Assembly (NCBI GenBank): GCA_934183305.1
Contig: CAKPSF010000003.1
Location: 10,673-74,672 of the forward strand
Direction: 5' to 3'
DNA length: 64,000 nucleotides
DNA from: an uncultured Clostridia bacterium
GTDB taxonomy: Bacteria; Bacillota; Clostridia; TANB77; CAG-508
Shown: in pieces, positions 26,697 through 36,998 of the stretch
Position numbering within the stretch: the first letter of the stretch is position 1
Layout: every line of letters starts with the position of its first letter
Program-made: the position numbers and the translations under genes
Notes under the pieces: generated by a model
Databases searched by the model: none
Told to the model about the DNA's origin: nothing
Seen by the model: the letters and a program-made list of their open reading frames with translations, nothing else

Positions 26697-28538
26697 TTAA
26701 TTATTCTTTTTTATTTCCGCAAATCTTTTTATTTTCATTGTAGTTGTTTTTTCAAATTCGTCTTTCTTAATTTCTAGATGTTTAATTGCTTTATATGATG
26801 TTAATTTTCTGTTTACTTTTTTTATTTCTTCCCAAATTATATTGTGGATTTGGTCTTCTGTTAAGTCTTTTCCATACTTTTCTTCTATTTTTTCATAATT
26901 TGGTATAACCTTTACAGTAATGGTTAATTCTTTGTCTTCTGGATTCATTTGTTTTCCATAAACCATACATTCTTTTATTTCATCTACTTTTCCAAGTAGT
27001 AACTCTATTTCTTCTGGATATATATTCTTACCATTTTGTGTTACTATTACATTTTTGCTTCTTCCTGTAATGTATAAGAATCCATCATCTAAATATCCAA
27101 TATCTCCTGCATTAAACCAGCCGTCATGCATAACTTCTTTTGTTGCTTCTTCATTTTCATAATAGCCAAGCATAACAGTTTTTCCTTTTATCCAAACTTC
27201 TCCTTCTCCATTTTCATTTGGTGCATGTATTTTTATTTCATCACAAATAACTGGTTTTCCTGCTGAGCCGACTCTTGCATCATATTCAGGTGTTAGTGCA
27301 GCAATTGGAGCTGTTTCTGTTAATCCATATCCTTGTAAGAATATTATACCTATATCTTGCAACCATTTTCCAACTTTTGCATCGATTGGTGCAGCTGCTG
27401 ATACAACATATTTAAGGTTTCCACCTAAATTCTCATAAATTTCTGAAAATACCTTTTTCTTTATATCTATTCCTACAGCCTTTAGCGCATTTGTAACATG
27501 CATCATTGAGTTAACCAACCCTGCTTTTCCACCTTTTTCTATACTTTGATTAATTTTCTTATATAAATTCTCTATTAAAAGTGGTACAGCAAGCAATGCT
27601 GTTGGTTTTGTTTCTTTTAAGTTTGGAACTATATATTTTAATCCTTGACATACAGCTATTGATGCTCCAACAGCCATAGGTAACAAGAACCCAATTGTTG
27701 ATTCATATGTATGATGTAATGGTAAAACAGAGAAAAATCTTTCTTTTTCTGTTAAATTAACATATGCTGAAACTGAATTAACATTTTCTGCTAAATTTCT
27801 ATTACAAATCATAACTCCTTTAGCTGCTGATGTTGTTCCTGATGTGAATATTAACACTTTAAATTCATCTGGATCAATTTTTATTTTCATAAAAGAATCA
27901 TCGCCTGAATTTACAAGTTCTTTTCCTTCATTTATTATTGTATTAAGTCCAATTTCTCTTCCTAATAATTTATCATCTGAATTCATTTGAACAAAATATT
28001 TAACTCTTGGAAGATTGTCTTCAACCTTTTTTATTATTTCTTTCTTTTTAGTTGAGTAAATTACAACTGTTGCTTTAGATCTGCTAATAACATTTTCTAA
28101 TTCATTTGGTGGAAGTTCTTTATCAACAGGAACAGCGATTCCTGCTCCGCAAAGAGCTGCCATATATGAAACATACCAATGATATGTATTTTCACCTATT
28201 ACTACAATTTTCTCATTTTTCAAATTATATTTATTAGTTAGAGCTGTTCCTAATGCAATAACATCTTCTCCAAACTGTTTATAAGTTATTGTTTCAAACT
28301 CTCCTTTAGGATTAAATTTTTCTAATATAAACTCTTTATCTGAATATTCTTTTATACTTCTTTCAAATATTTCTTTTATAGTTTTATATGTAGTTGGTTT
28401 ATATTGTTTTTTATCCTTTTTTATTTCACCATCTTTTAATTTATCATAATCAATTTTAACTTCTGGAATTTCTTCTATTCCATTCATTTTAATCTTTGGA
28501 AATTTAAAATTTGGTATTTTTATATTAGTTATTTTCAT
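26697..28538 (-). CDS. AMP-binding long-chain acyl-CoA synthetase
   Basis: AMP-binding motif LIFTSGTTSAAKGVM, plus the GYGLTET and ITGRSKNVI motifs. Start ATG 28538 with RBS GGAGAG; the track start is GTG. Confidence 0.8.
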   Translation of the reverse strand: MKITNIKIPNFKFPKIKMNGIEEIPEVKIDYDKLKDGEIKKDKKQYKPTTYKTIKEIFERSIKEYSDKEFILEKFNPKGEFETITYKQFGEDVIALGTALTNKYNLKNEKIVVIGENTYHWYVSYMAALCGAGIAVPVDKELPPNELENVISRSKATVVIYSTKKKEIIKKVEDNLPRVKYFVQMNSDDKLLGREIGLNTIINEGKELVNSGDDSFMKIKIDPDEFKVLIFTSGTTSAAKGVMICNRNLAENVNSVSAYVNLTEKERFFSVLPLHHTYESTIGFLLPMAVGASIAVCQGLKYIVPNLKETKPTALLAVPLLIENLYKKINQSIEKGGKAGLVNSMMHVTNALKAVGIDIKKKVFSEIYENLGGNLKYVVSAAAPIDAKVGKWLQDIGIIFLQGYGLTETAPIAALTPEYDARVGSAGKPVICDEIKIHAPNENGEGEVWIKGKTVMLGYYENEEATKEVMHDGWFNAGDIGYLDDGFLYITGRSKNVIVTQNGKNIYPEEIELLLGKVDEIKECMVYGKQMNPEDKELTITVKVIPNYEKIEEKYGKDLTEDQIHNIIWEEIKKVNRKLTSYKAIKHLEIKKDEFEKTTTMKIKRFAEIKKNN

Positions 28539-28594
28539 CTTTTCTCTCCATTTTCTACAAAATATCTTAAAATATTTTAGCACACTTTAAAAAA

Positions 28595-29296
28595 TTATGC
28601 AATTTTCATAAGTTTAAAATTTAAATAATCGCTACTTACTAAATTAAACTCTATATTTTCAATCTTTCCAATTACAGCTTGCATATGTGATGCGCCATGT
28701 AAATGTCCATATAAACATTTTTCTACTTTATACTCTTTTAATAAATATATTATTTTTCTTTCAAATTCATTATTACTATAATTTTTACTTATTGGTGGAT
28801 AATGCATGCATGCTATTATTGGTTTATTAGGATTTTTAGATTTTGCATCTTTTAATGATAGTTCTAACCTATTTATTTCTCTTTCTATTATTTTTCTATC
28901 ATTTTGATTTGTGTAATCCCAACCCCTTGCGCCAGCAATCATATAATTTTCTATTTCATAACTATTATTAAATAATATTTCTATTGTGTTAAAATTATTT
29001 TGTTTTAAGTAATTTCTAATATTAGTTAGAGTTGTCCACCAATAGTCATGATTGCCTTTAAGTAATATCTTCCTTCCTGGTAAATTATTTAAAAATTCAA
29101 AATCTTTATATGTATTTTCTAAATATGTCTCCCAAGAAAAATCTCCCGGAATTAGGACTGTATCATTTTCGGTAACTTTTTCTTTCCAATCGGTTTCTAT
29201 TTTTTTATAATGATTTTCCCAATTTGGTCCAAAAACGTCCATTGGTTTATTTGTATTTAACGATAAATGTAAATCTGCTATTGCATAAATTGCCAT
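28595..29296 (-). CDS. Metallophosphoesterase
   Basis: MAIYAIADLHLS and GNHDYWW are calcineurin-like phosphoesterase motifs. Confidence 0.75.
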   Translation of the reverse strand: MAIYAIADLHLSLNTNKPMDVFGPNWENHYKKIETDWKEKVTENDTVLIPGDFSWETYLENTYKDFEFLNNLPGRKILLKGNHDYWWTTLTNIRNYLKQNNFNTIEILFNNSYEIENYMIAGARGWDYTNQNDRKIIEREINRLELSLKDAKSKNPNKPIIACMHYPPISKNYSNNEFERKIIYLLKEYKVEKCLYGHLHGASHMQAVIGKIENIEFNLVSSDYLNFKLMKIA

Positions 29297-29322
29297 ATTT
29301 TTTCCTTTCTATAATATAGTAA

Positions 29323-30330
29323 TTACAATTTTAAATTTGGTATTGCATTTAAATCTAGAGTTGCTCTATCTCCTTTTATATAATTATAGTATCCGGCTGC
29401 TGCAATCATTGCTGCATTGTCTGTACATAATTTTAGTTCAGGAAAATATACTTTTAAATTGTTTTTTTCTCCAAACTCTTCAAATTGTTTTCTTATATAT
29501 GAATTTGCAGATACCCCTCCTGCTAAAACTAATTGATTAATATTATTAGTATTCTGTTTATTTATATATTTTATTGCTTTTAATGTATTTTCTAATAAGA
29601 CATCAGTTGTAGCTTTTTCAAAACTAGCGCACAAATCAGCTTTATTTATATCTGGATTCTTGTGGTTCAAGTTTAACACAGCAGTTTTTATTCCACTAAA
29701 ACTAAAATCTAGATTTTCTAAATGAGTTTTAGGTAATTCTATATTTGCTTCTCCCTCTTTTGCCATTTTATCTATTTTAGGTCCACCTGGATAATTTAAC
29801 CCAATTACTCTTGCCACTTTATCGTACGCCTCTCCAATTGCATCATCTCTTGTCGAACCTAGTATTTCAAAGTCTGTATAATCTTTTATATATACTAAAT
29901 GCGTATTTCCACCAGATATTAATAAACATAGAAATGGTGGTTTTAATTCTTTATATGTAATATAGTTTGCTGCAATATGTCCTTGTAAATGATTAACTGG
30001 AACTAGAGGTTTATTTAATGCATAACTTAATGCTTTTGCATATGAAACGCCAACTAAAAGTGCTCCAACTAATCCAGGTCCATATGTAACACTTATCGCA
30101 TCTATATCATTAAAAGAAATATTTGCATCTTTTAAAGCTTTTTCAGTAACAGATGATATAGCTTCTGTATGATTTCTAGATGCAATTTCTGGCACAACTC
30201 CGCCAAATTTCTCATGAATTGGTACTTGAGAATTTATAACATTAGAAAGAACTTCTCTACCGTTTTTTACAACAGATACAGAAGTTTCATCGCAACTTGA
30301 TTCAATTCCTAATATATATATATCGCTCAT
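29323..30330 (-). CDS. tsaD: tRNA N6-adenosine threonylcarbamoyltransferase
   Basis: [21 protein letters not shown], and Kae1/TsaD family length. Confidence 0.9.
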   Translation of the reverse strand: MSDIYILGIESSCDETSVSVVKNGREVLSNVINSQVPIHEKFGGVVPEIASRNHTEAISSVTEKALKDANISFNDIDAISVTYGPGLVGALLVGVSYAKALSYALNKPLVPVNHLQGHIAANYITYKELKPPFLCLLISGGNTHLVYIKDYTDFEILGSTRDDAIGEAYDKVARVIGLNYPGGPKIDKMAKEGEANIELPKTHLENLDFSFSGIKTAVLNLNHKNPDINKADLCASFEKATTDVLLENTLKAIKYINKQNTNNINQLVLAGGVSANSYIRKQFEEFGEKNNLKVYFPELKLCTDNAAMIAAAGYYNYIKGDRATLDLNAIPNLKL

Positions 30331-30343
30331 TTTCTATTTCCTT

Positions 30344-31081
30344 TTAAAATAATCTAAATATTGCAAGTATTCCATTCATTAAGCCTTTATATAATAAATT
30401 TATTATTGGTGAAATTATCACTCCTGATAAACCAGTTATCCATATTACTAAAAATATTATATAAAAAAGTTGTTCATGTTCTCTTAACCATCTTCTTGCA
30501 TTGTATGGCATAAAATTTATAAATATTTTTGAACCATCTAATGGAGGAAGTGGTAACAAATTGAATACCCCTAAACCAATATTTATTATTACTAATTCTT
30601 TAAGCAAAACTAATATTACGTTGCCAATTGTAGTAAATAAAAAACTACTACTAGCAAACATATATACAGCCCCAAGTATAATTGCAGAAATTATTGCTAA
30701 TATAAAATTCATTAATGGTCCGGCTAAAGAAACAATCGCTTCACCTTTTTCCATTGATACATTTCTATTAAAGTTTCTTGGATTAATTTGAACCGGTTTT
30801 CCCCAACCTATTCCAACAAACATAAGCATAATAAATCCAAATGGATCAATATGACTTAATGGGTTTAAATTAAGTCTACCTTGCATTCTTGGTGTATCGT
30901 CTCCTAATTTATCTGCTGCATATGCATGAGCATATTCATGAAAAGTTATTGCAATTATTACTGCTGGAAGTGTTAATACTAATGCTAATAAATATTCTGG
31001 AGTTAAGCTTCTTAAGTTCAACACAACTAACACAGCTAATAATATATACAAATATTTTTTATCTAAATCATAACCAAACAT
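30344..31081 (-). CDS. Site-2 protease family (peptidase M50) membrane metalloprotease
   Basis: HEYAHAYAA is an HExxH motif within a TM helix. Polytopic. Confidence 0.7.
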   Translation of the reverse strand: MFGYDLDKKYLYILLAVLVVLNLRSLTPEYLLALVLTLPAVIIAITFHEYAHAYAADKLGDDTPRMQGRLNLNPLSHIDPFGFIMLMFVGIGWGKPVQINPRNFNRNVSMEKGEAIVSLAGPLMNFILAIISAIILGAVYMFASSSFLFTTIGNVILVLLKELVIINIGLGVFNLLPLPPLDGSKIFINFMPYNARRWLREHEQLFYIIFLVIWITGLSGVIISPIINLLYKGLMNGILAIFRLF

Positions 31082-31289
31082 AATTAAACCTTTCTTTTGC
31101 TAAAAATACTATTAAATTATACCACTATTTTAACAATATTAAAATAGTTTAATAAAATTTAAGCAAAAATAAGAAAAGTGGCTTCGCCATATGTGCATTT
31201 TGCTTCGCAAATATGCATTTTACTTTGCCACATGTGCATCTATGCAATAAAAAATGATAATATGGTATTCATATTATCATTTTTATATA

Positions 31290-31952
31290 TTATACTACTA
31301 TGTTCCATTCATGGCTTCCACTAGTAGTTTCTTGTAATTGTGTATCAGCATTTAAAATAACTACTGGTTTAACTTTTTTCATTGAATCTATTGTTCCTGC
31401 ACCTTTTTTTGAATTCCACAATGAATTGCCATATATTCCTCCTGCTAAAAAGAATCTTAGGCCAAAATCAACATTTTCTTCAGAAGTTTTAATATAAGAA
31501 GAAGCTAGTAAATAATAATCTCCTTTACCAATCATTTCCTTTGCTGAGCCTGTCAATAATTTTGAAACTGTATAAGTATAATAATCGTTTCTTACTTCCA
31601 ATTCTTTTAAAACTACTGATCCTAATGGAACTCCACCTTGCATTGTAAAAGTAGTTTCAGTAGTTGTTACTGGTTCACCTCCAGAAATTTGATATCTTAC
31701 TTTTGTGCCATCCATTGTATACTTTACAACATTTCCATATTTTTCTATATCTTTTTCTGTTTTATATTCAGTCTTATCATATTTAGTTAAATTATCTAAG
31801 TCCTCTATTTTTAAGCATCTAGCTCCCGCTGCTCCTGTTCCAGCTCCATACTTTTCGCAAAATGTATTTAATGAATTTTCTAGATATGTCCATGTATATT
31901 TATTGTCTGTTTGATCTATAATAGCATTATTTCCGTGTAAACGTTCCGTCAT
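31290..31952 (-). CDS. Hypothetical protein. It overlaps the prepilin-like gene by 26 nt in another frame and could be the continuation of a frameshifted pilin.
   Basis: 220 aa with no signal or motif. Overlap at 31927..31952. Confidence 0.3.
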   Translation of the reverse strand: MTERLHGNNAIIDQTDNKYTWTYLENSLNTFCEKYGAGTGAAGARCLKIEDLDNLTKYDKTEYKTEKDIEKYGNVVKYTMDGTKVRYQISGGEPVTTTETTFTMQGGVPLGSVVLKELEVRNDYYTYTVSKLLTGSAKEMIGKGDYYLLASSYIKTSEENVDFGLRFFLAGGIYGNSLWNSKKGAGTIDSMKKVKPVVILNADTQLQETTSGSHEWNIVV

Positions 31953-32340
31953 ACTCTATAGTTGTATCTCCTAATAATAATATTTGATTATTTTCTATTC
32001 CTAATACTTTCCAGTTGCCAACATAGTCTGTTCCTGTTGCTGTATAATTAACTTTATCTCCAACTTTTAGTCCTGCGATTTTTTTATTTAGTTCATTATT
32101 GTTTGCATATTCTCCAAATGATTCTGTTAAAATTCCTTGTTGTTTTTCTAAATCATACTCATATTTCAATAGTAAATCTTGTTCTTTTTCTTGAGCCTTT
32201 GTATATTCTTCCTTTGCATTTTGTGCATGTGCAATTATTCCATCTCCTCTTATTGCACCTATTGCTACTACCGCTAAAATTAATAATACTATTATAGTAA
32301 TTATTAAAGCGACTAATGTTATTCCTCTGTTTCTTTTCAT
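31927..32340 (-). CDS. Prepilin-type N-terminal cleavage/methylation domain protein (pilin/pseudopilin-like)
   Basis: MKRNRGITLVALIITIIVLLILAVVAIGAI is a class III signal-like N-terminus. Confidence 0.5.
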   Translation of the reverse strand: MKRNRGITLVALIITIIVLLILAVVAIGAIRGDGIIAHAQNAKEEYTKAQEKEQDLLLKYEYDLEKQQGILTESFGEYANNNELNKKIAGLKVGDKVNYTATGTDYVGNWKVLGIENNQILLLGDTTIEYDGTFTRK

Positions 32341-32492
32341 TTTTTTCCTCCTTAGAATTTTTTATTTTAAGCGTTGAAATATTAAATTCACAATTTATTT
32401 ATATCATATAAGAATATTTTTTGGCAATAGTTTTTTTACAACTTTCTAAATTTTATATAGCTTTTATAAATAAATAATGGTAATGTTTTATA

Positions 32493-35090
32493 TTATGCTA
32501 TTATTAATTCTTTTCCATTATAATCAACTATAATTTTAGTATTAGGTTTTATTTCTTGTGATAATATCTTTCTTGCTATTAAAGTTTCAAGTTTCTTTTG
32601 AACAAATCTTTTTAATGGTCTTGCTCCATAAATACTATCATATCCATTATCTATTAAATATTTTTTTGCGTTTTCAGTTAATTCTAAAGTCAAGTGTTTA
32701 TCTTCTAGTCTTTTTTCTAAATCTACTATTAGCAAATCCAAAATCTTTTTAACTTCTGTTTTCTTTAATGGTTTATAAAATACTATTTCATCAAGTCTGT
32801 TTAAAAATTCTGGTCTAAAGCTTTGTTTAAGGATTTTTTCTACTTTTTCCTTTGCTTCATTACTAATTTCACCTTTATCATTAATTCCTTCTAAAATATA
32901 CTCAGAACCTAAATTTGAAGTTAAAATAATAATTGTATTTTTAAAGTCAACTGTTCTTCCTTGTGAATCTGTAATTCTACCATCATCTAAAACTTGTAAT
33001 AAAACATTGAATACATCTGGATGTGCTTTTTCTATTTCATCAAATAATATTACACTATATGGTTTTCTTCTAACAGCTTCTGTTAATTGTCCTCCTTCTT
33101 CATATCCAACATATCCAGGAGGCGCACCAATCAATCTAGATACAGAATATTTTTCCATATATTCAGACATATCTATTCTTACCATATTGTGCTCATCATC
33201 AAATAAGCTTTCAGCCAATGCTTTTGCTAATTCAGTTTTACCGACGCCTGTTGGCCCTAAAAATAAGAATGATCCAATTGGTCTTTTTTCATCTTGTATT
33301 CCAGCTCTTGAACGAATAATAGCTTCTGTAACTTTTTCTACTGCTTCATCTTGTCCAATAACTCTTTTGTGTAATATTTTATCAAGATTTAATATTTTGT
33401 TTCTCTCGCTTTCAACTAATTTTGAAACTGGTATTCCAGTCCATCTAGAAATAATTTTTGCAATCTCGTCTTCTGTTATTTTATTTCTAAGCAACGAATT
33501 TGAAGAATCACTACTTTTTTCTGCTATTTCTTCTTCGTGTTTTAGTTGTTCTTGTAATTGTGGTAATTTTCCATATTTTAATTCGGCTACTTTATTTAGT
33601 TCATAATTTCTTTCAGCTAATTCTATTTGAGCATTTACTTTTTCTATTTCGCCTCTAAGTTTTTGAACTTTAGCAATTGCTTCTTTTTCATTTTCCCATT
33701 TTGCTTTCATTTGATTAAATTTTTCTTTTAATTCTGCTTTTTCTCTTTGAATATCTTCCAAACGTTTTTTAGAAAATTCATCTTTTTCTTTCTTTAAGGC
33801 TGTTTCTTCTATTTCATGTTGCATAATTTTACGAGATATTTCATCAAGCTCAGTTGGCATAGATTCCATCTCTGTTTTTATTAAAGCACAAGCTTCGTCT
33901 ATTAAATCTATTGCTTTGTCTGGCAAAAATCTATCTGAAATATATCTATGTGATAAAGTTGCAGCTGCAATTATAGCACTATCTGCTATTTTAACTCCAT
34001 GGTATACTTCATATCTTTCTTTTAATCCTCTCAAAATAGATATTGTATCTTCAACACTTGGTTCATCAACCATAACTGGTTGAAATCTTCTTTCTAAGGC
34101 AGGATCTTTTTCAATATACTGTCTATATTCATTTAAAGTAGTTGCACCAATACAATGAAGTTCTCCTCTTGCTAGCATAGGTTTTAGTAAATTTCCTGCG
34201 TCCATTGCTCCGTCTGTTTTACCTGCTCCAACTATTGTGTGAAGTTCATCAATAAATAGAATTATTTTTCCTTCACTTTTCTTTACTTCTTGTAGAACTG
34301 CTTTTAACCTTTCTTCAAATTCTCCTCTATATTTTGCACCTGCAAGTAAGGCTCCCATATCAAGTGAGAAAATTGTACATTCCTTTAGTCCTTCTGGAAC
34401 GTCTCCTCTTACAATTCTTAATGCTAATCCCTCTGCAATAGCTGTTTTACCAACACCTGGTTCACCAATTAAAACAGGGTTATTTTTTGTTTTTCTTGAT
34501 AATATTCTTATAACATTTCTTATTTCATCATCTCTACCTATAACAGGATCTAATTTTTGAGCTTTGGCAAGCTCAACTAAATCCGAACCATATTTTTTTA
34601 ACACCTCATATGTTTCTTCCGGGTTATCATTCATAACTCTTGCACCTCCTCTTACTTCTAATAATACTTTTAAGAATCTATCTTTGGTAACATTGAAAGT
34701 TCTAAACAAATTTGCAATATTACTATTGGCTTTATTAATAATTCCAAGCATAATATGTTCAACTGAAATATATTCATCTTTCATTTCTTTAGCAATTTTC
34801 TCTGCTTCAATTAATACTTGTTCCAAATCTAATGATATATATATTTTTTCACTTTGATTTGTTTTATTAATAATTTTAGGTTTATTATCTATTATGCTCT
34901 TTATTTCATTCTTTAATTCTACATTTGTTTTCATTTTATTAAGCAATTCTTTTATTAGTCCATTCTCATCTTCCAATAAAGCAAATAATAAATGTTCTTG
35001 TTCAACCTGTGCATTTTGTTTTACAATTGCTATTTCTTGAGCGTTTTTAAGAGCTTCCAATGATTTTTGAGTAAATTTTTCAATATTCAT
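32493..35090 (-). CDS. clpB: ATP-dependent chaperone ClpB
   Basis: Two AAA+ modules (GEPGVGKTAIAEGLA and GPTGVGKTELAKALA) and a long coiled-coil middle domain. 865 aa. Confidence 0.95.
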   Translation of the reverse strand: MNIEKFTQKSLEALKNAQEIAIVKQNAQVEQEHLLFALLEDENGLIKELLNKMKTNVELKNEIKSIIDNKPKIINKTNQSEKIYISLDLEQVLIEAEKIAKEMKDEYISVEHIMLGIINKANSNIANLFRTFNVTKDRFLKVLLEVRGGARVMNDNPEETYEVLKKYGSDLVELAKAQKLDPVIGRDDEIRNVIRILSRKTKNNPVLIGEPGVGKTAIAEGLALRIVRGDVPEGLKECTIFSLDMGALLAGAKYRGEFEERLKAVLQEVKKSEGKIILFIDELHTIVGAGKTDGAMDAGNLLKPMLARGELHCIGATTLNEYRQYIEKDPALERRFQPVMVDEPSVEDTISILRGLKERYEVYHGVKIADSAIIAAATLSHRYISDRFLPDKAIDLIDEACALIKTEMESMPTELDEISRKIMQHEIEETALKKEKDEFSKKRLEDIQREKAELKEKFNQMKAKWENEKEAIAKVQKLRGEIEKVNAQIELAERNYELNKVAELKYGKLPQLQEQLKHEEEIAEKSSDSSNSLLRNKITEDEIAKIISRWTGIPVSKLVESERNKILNLDKILHKRVIGQDEAVEKVTEAIIRSRAGIQDEKRPIGSFLFLGPTGVGKTELAKALAESLFDDEHNMVRIDMSEYMEKYSVSRLIGAPPGYVGYEEGGQLTEAVRRKPYSVILFDEIEKAHPDVFNVLLQVLDDGRITDSQGRTVDFKNTIIILTSNLGSEYILEGINDKGEISNEAKEKVEKILKQSFRPEFLNRLDEIVFYKPLKKTEVKKILDLLIVDLEKRLEDKHLTLELTENAKKYLIDNGYDSIYGARPLKRFVQKKLETLIARKILSQEIKPNTKIIVDYNGKELIIA

Positions 35091-35108
35091 ATAGCATCGC
35101 CTCCTTTT

Positions 35109-35135
35109 TTAGCACTCTATATGTTGGACTGCTAA
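35109..35135. promoter_or_regulatory. CIRCE-like inverted repeat (HrcA operator) upstream of clpB
   Basis: TTAGCACTC-N9-GACTGCTAA against the consensus TTAGCACTC-N9-GAGTGCTAA (one mismatch). It overlaps the predicted transcription start between the promoter and the RBS. Confidence 0.55.
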
Positions 35136-35136
35136 T

Positions 35137-35165
35137 ATTGTACACCTATTATATAAAAAAGTCAA
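35137..35165 (-). promoter_or_regulatory. Sigma-A promoter TTGACT-17-TACAAT for clpB
   Basis: Read on the minus strand as TTGACTtttttatataataggtgTACAAT, followed by the CIRCE element and RBS AAAGGAGG. Confidence 0.5.
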
Positions 35166-35185
35166 TACATTTGACATTTTTGCAT

Positions 35186-35216
35186 AAAAAAAGAAGAGCA
35201 TTTTTATTTGCTCTTC
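35186..35216 (-). terminator. Rho-independent terminator of the surface-protein gene
   Basis: On the minus strand: GAAGAGC-aaataaaaat-GCTCTTC followed by UUUUUUU. Confidence 0.7.
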
Positions 35217-35235
35217 TCAAGAGTATATATATAAT

Positions 35236-36756
35236 TTATTTTCTTTTTATATTTAGACTTAATACTCCCATTCCAATTATTGAAGCACATGCCATAGCAA
35301 CATATATTACAATGTTATCTCCTGTTTTAGGGTTTGAAACATCTTCCGTGTTATTTGATGAATTGCTTGTGTTTGTTGTGTTTGTTGCTATTATTCCATA
35401 TTCACTTAAGTGAGTAGTTTTAAATACTAAGTAATCTCCATCAATCTTAGCTTCAATGTTTTCTTCTATTTTTCCATCTTTAATATATACAACCTCGTAT
35501 TTATTAAATCCTTTTAAATTTTCAGGTAGCTTAACTCTTATTGTCATATCTATATCTTTTATTGAAACTTTTGTATTTCCGTCAAAAATATTAATATCAA
35601 CTACATATTTAACATTTTTATTTGTTAAATCTTCTTTTACTTCAATTGGTTTAATATCTAGTTTATAATTTTTGCTAACTTCTTTTGCAAATTCAATTTT
35701 TGCTTCTGTTTCTCCTGTACTTTGAATTTCTTTTACAGTTTCTTTTACAGGTTGTTCTTGTTCTCCTGAAATTTTAGTCCAAGAAGCATATAAAGTAACA
35801 TTTTGATAATATTCAGCTCCAAGTGCATTTTTTATAATAGTGTCTCTGTTAAGTTCTTCTTCATCATCTTTATCCCATCTTCTCCAATATATATAAGTAT
35901 AGTTTTTTCCACTTCCATCTTTTTTTGCATTCCATCCAGTAAATTTATATCCTTTTCTTACAGGTGTATATGGTAAAAGTGACATAGCTGTTCCTGAATT
36001 TCCGCCACCTAAATAGTCATATTTGTTAGATGCTTTACCTTCAATAGTTCCACCGTTTGCATTTAATATTAATACTCTATCATCTCCAACAAAAGTATCT
36101 TGAGTATATGTAGCAGTTAAAGTAATTACAGCATCATTTGCGAAAGCACTTGAATTAATAGAAGTAACAATGTTTCCATCTAAATCCCAGCCCTTAAAAG
36201 TATATCCTTTTCTTACTGGTGTATATTTTGTTAAATCAATTGTTTTAAATTCTGCTACTTTACTTTCCAAGGTTAATTTTGCTTTACCATTTATTGTACC
36301 AGCAAATGCATCAAAACTAACATAGTATTTACCACTATCTTTCAATTCTTTATCTGAAAATTTAGCACTAAGAGTTAATCCATTAGTATAATTAACTTTT
36401 TTACCTGTTGTTGTATAAAAGTAACCACTACCAGTAAATTTTGCTATTTCTAATTCTTCACTAGCTTTTGTATTTTCTGCCATTTCCCAATGTGAAAATT
36501 CAGTTTTGCCATTAAAAGGAATAATTCCTTTTGTTAATTCAGATAACTTAACTGTTGTTTCTCTTTCTGCAATATTAAATCTTACAAGTTTGGCATATTC
36601 ACCATCAAAACATCCATACATTTCGTTAGCAGTTAGTAATAATGAATATTTTCCATCATCACTAATTGTTGCAGCATTAACTTTATTAGATAAAGTTACA
36701 ATTCCTAAAAATGCTATAAGCATTACTAAAAATAAAAATATTTTTTTAGATTTCAT
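35236..36756 (-). CDS. Cell-surface protein with Flg_new (Listeria-Bacteroides) repeats and a C-terminal sorting-signal-like anchor
   Basis: Signal peptide MKSKKIFLFLVMLIAFLGIVTLSNKVNA. Repeats YTPVRKGYTFKGWDLDGN and YTPVRKGYKFTGWNAKKDGSG. C-terminus NPKTGD plus hydrophobic stretch plus KRK. Start ATG 36756 with RBS AGGGAGG. Confidence 0.6.
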   Translation of the reverse strand: MKSKKIFLFLVMLIAFLGIVTLSNKVNAATISDDGKYSLLLTANEMYGCFDGEYAKLVRFNIAERETTVKLSELTKGIIPFNGKTEFSHWEMAENTKASEELEIAKFTGSGYFYTTTGKKVNYTNGLTLSAKFSDKELKDSGKYYVSFDAFAGTINGKAKLTLESKVAEFKTIDLTKYTPVRKGYTFKGWDLDGNIVTSINSSAFANDAVITLTATYTQDTFVGDDRVLILNANGGTIEGKASNKYDYLGGGNSGTAMSLLPYTPVRKGYKFTGWNAKKDGSGKNYTYIYWRRWDKDDEEELNRDTIIKNALGAEYYQNVTLYASWTKISGEQEQPVKETVKEIQSTGETEAKIEFAKEVSKNYKLDIKPIEVKEDLTNKNVKYVVDINIFDGNTKVSIKDIDMTIRVKLPENLKGFNKYEVVYIKDGKIEENIEAKIDGDYLVFKTTHLSEYGIIATNTTNTSNSSNNTEDVSNPKTGDNIVIYVAMACASIIGMGVLSLNIKRK

Positions 36757-36904
36757 TTTTAATCCTCCCTTTTTTATTATATTAATATTTATATCATATA
36801 TAATCATATTTTTCTTATTAATTACCAATTTTTCCGTGAAAATTTGGTAACTACTTTTTGTTTAAAAAATCGACATATTTTTTTAAAATTCATAAACTAA
36901 TTAT

Positions 36905-36942
36905 AAAAAAATAAACCCAGTATGGAAAATACCATATTAGGT
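36905..36942 (-). terminator. Probable terminator downstream of lysS
   Basis: On the minus strand: imperfect hairpin AATATGG-uauuuu-CCATACU followed by GGGUUUAUUUUUUU. Confidence 0.4.
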
Positions 36943-36998
36943 TCATTCTTATTATATCATCCGTTCTTTATAACATATAGGTAGCTATATCTATACTT

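Noticed and set aside
33007-33606. 199-aa plus-strand ORF antisense to clpB. Similar long antisense ORFs occur at 49659..49988, 52791..53153, 36506..36850 and 18626..18931.
   Set aside because: Low-complexity translations, no RBS, and each lies fully inside a well-supported minus-strand gene. They are artefacts of AT-rich sequence.
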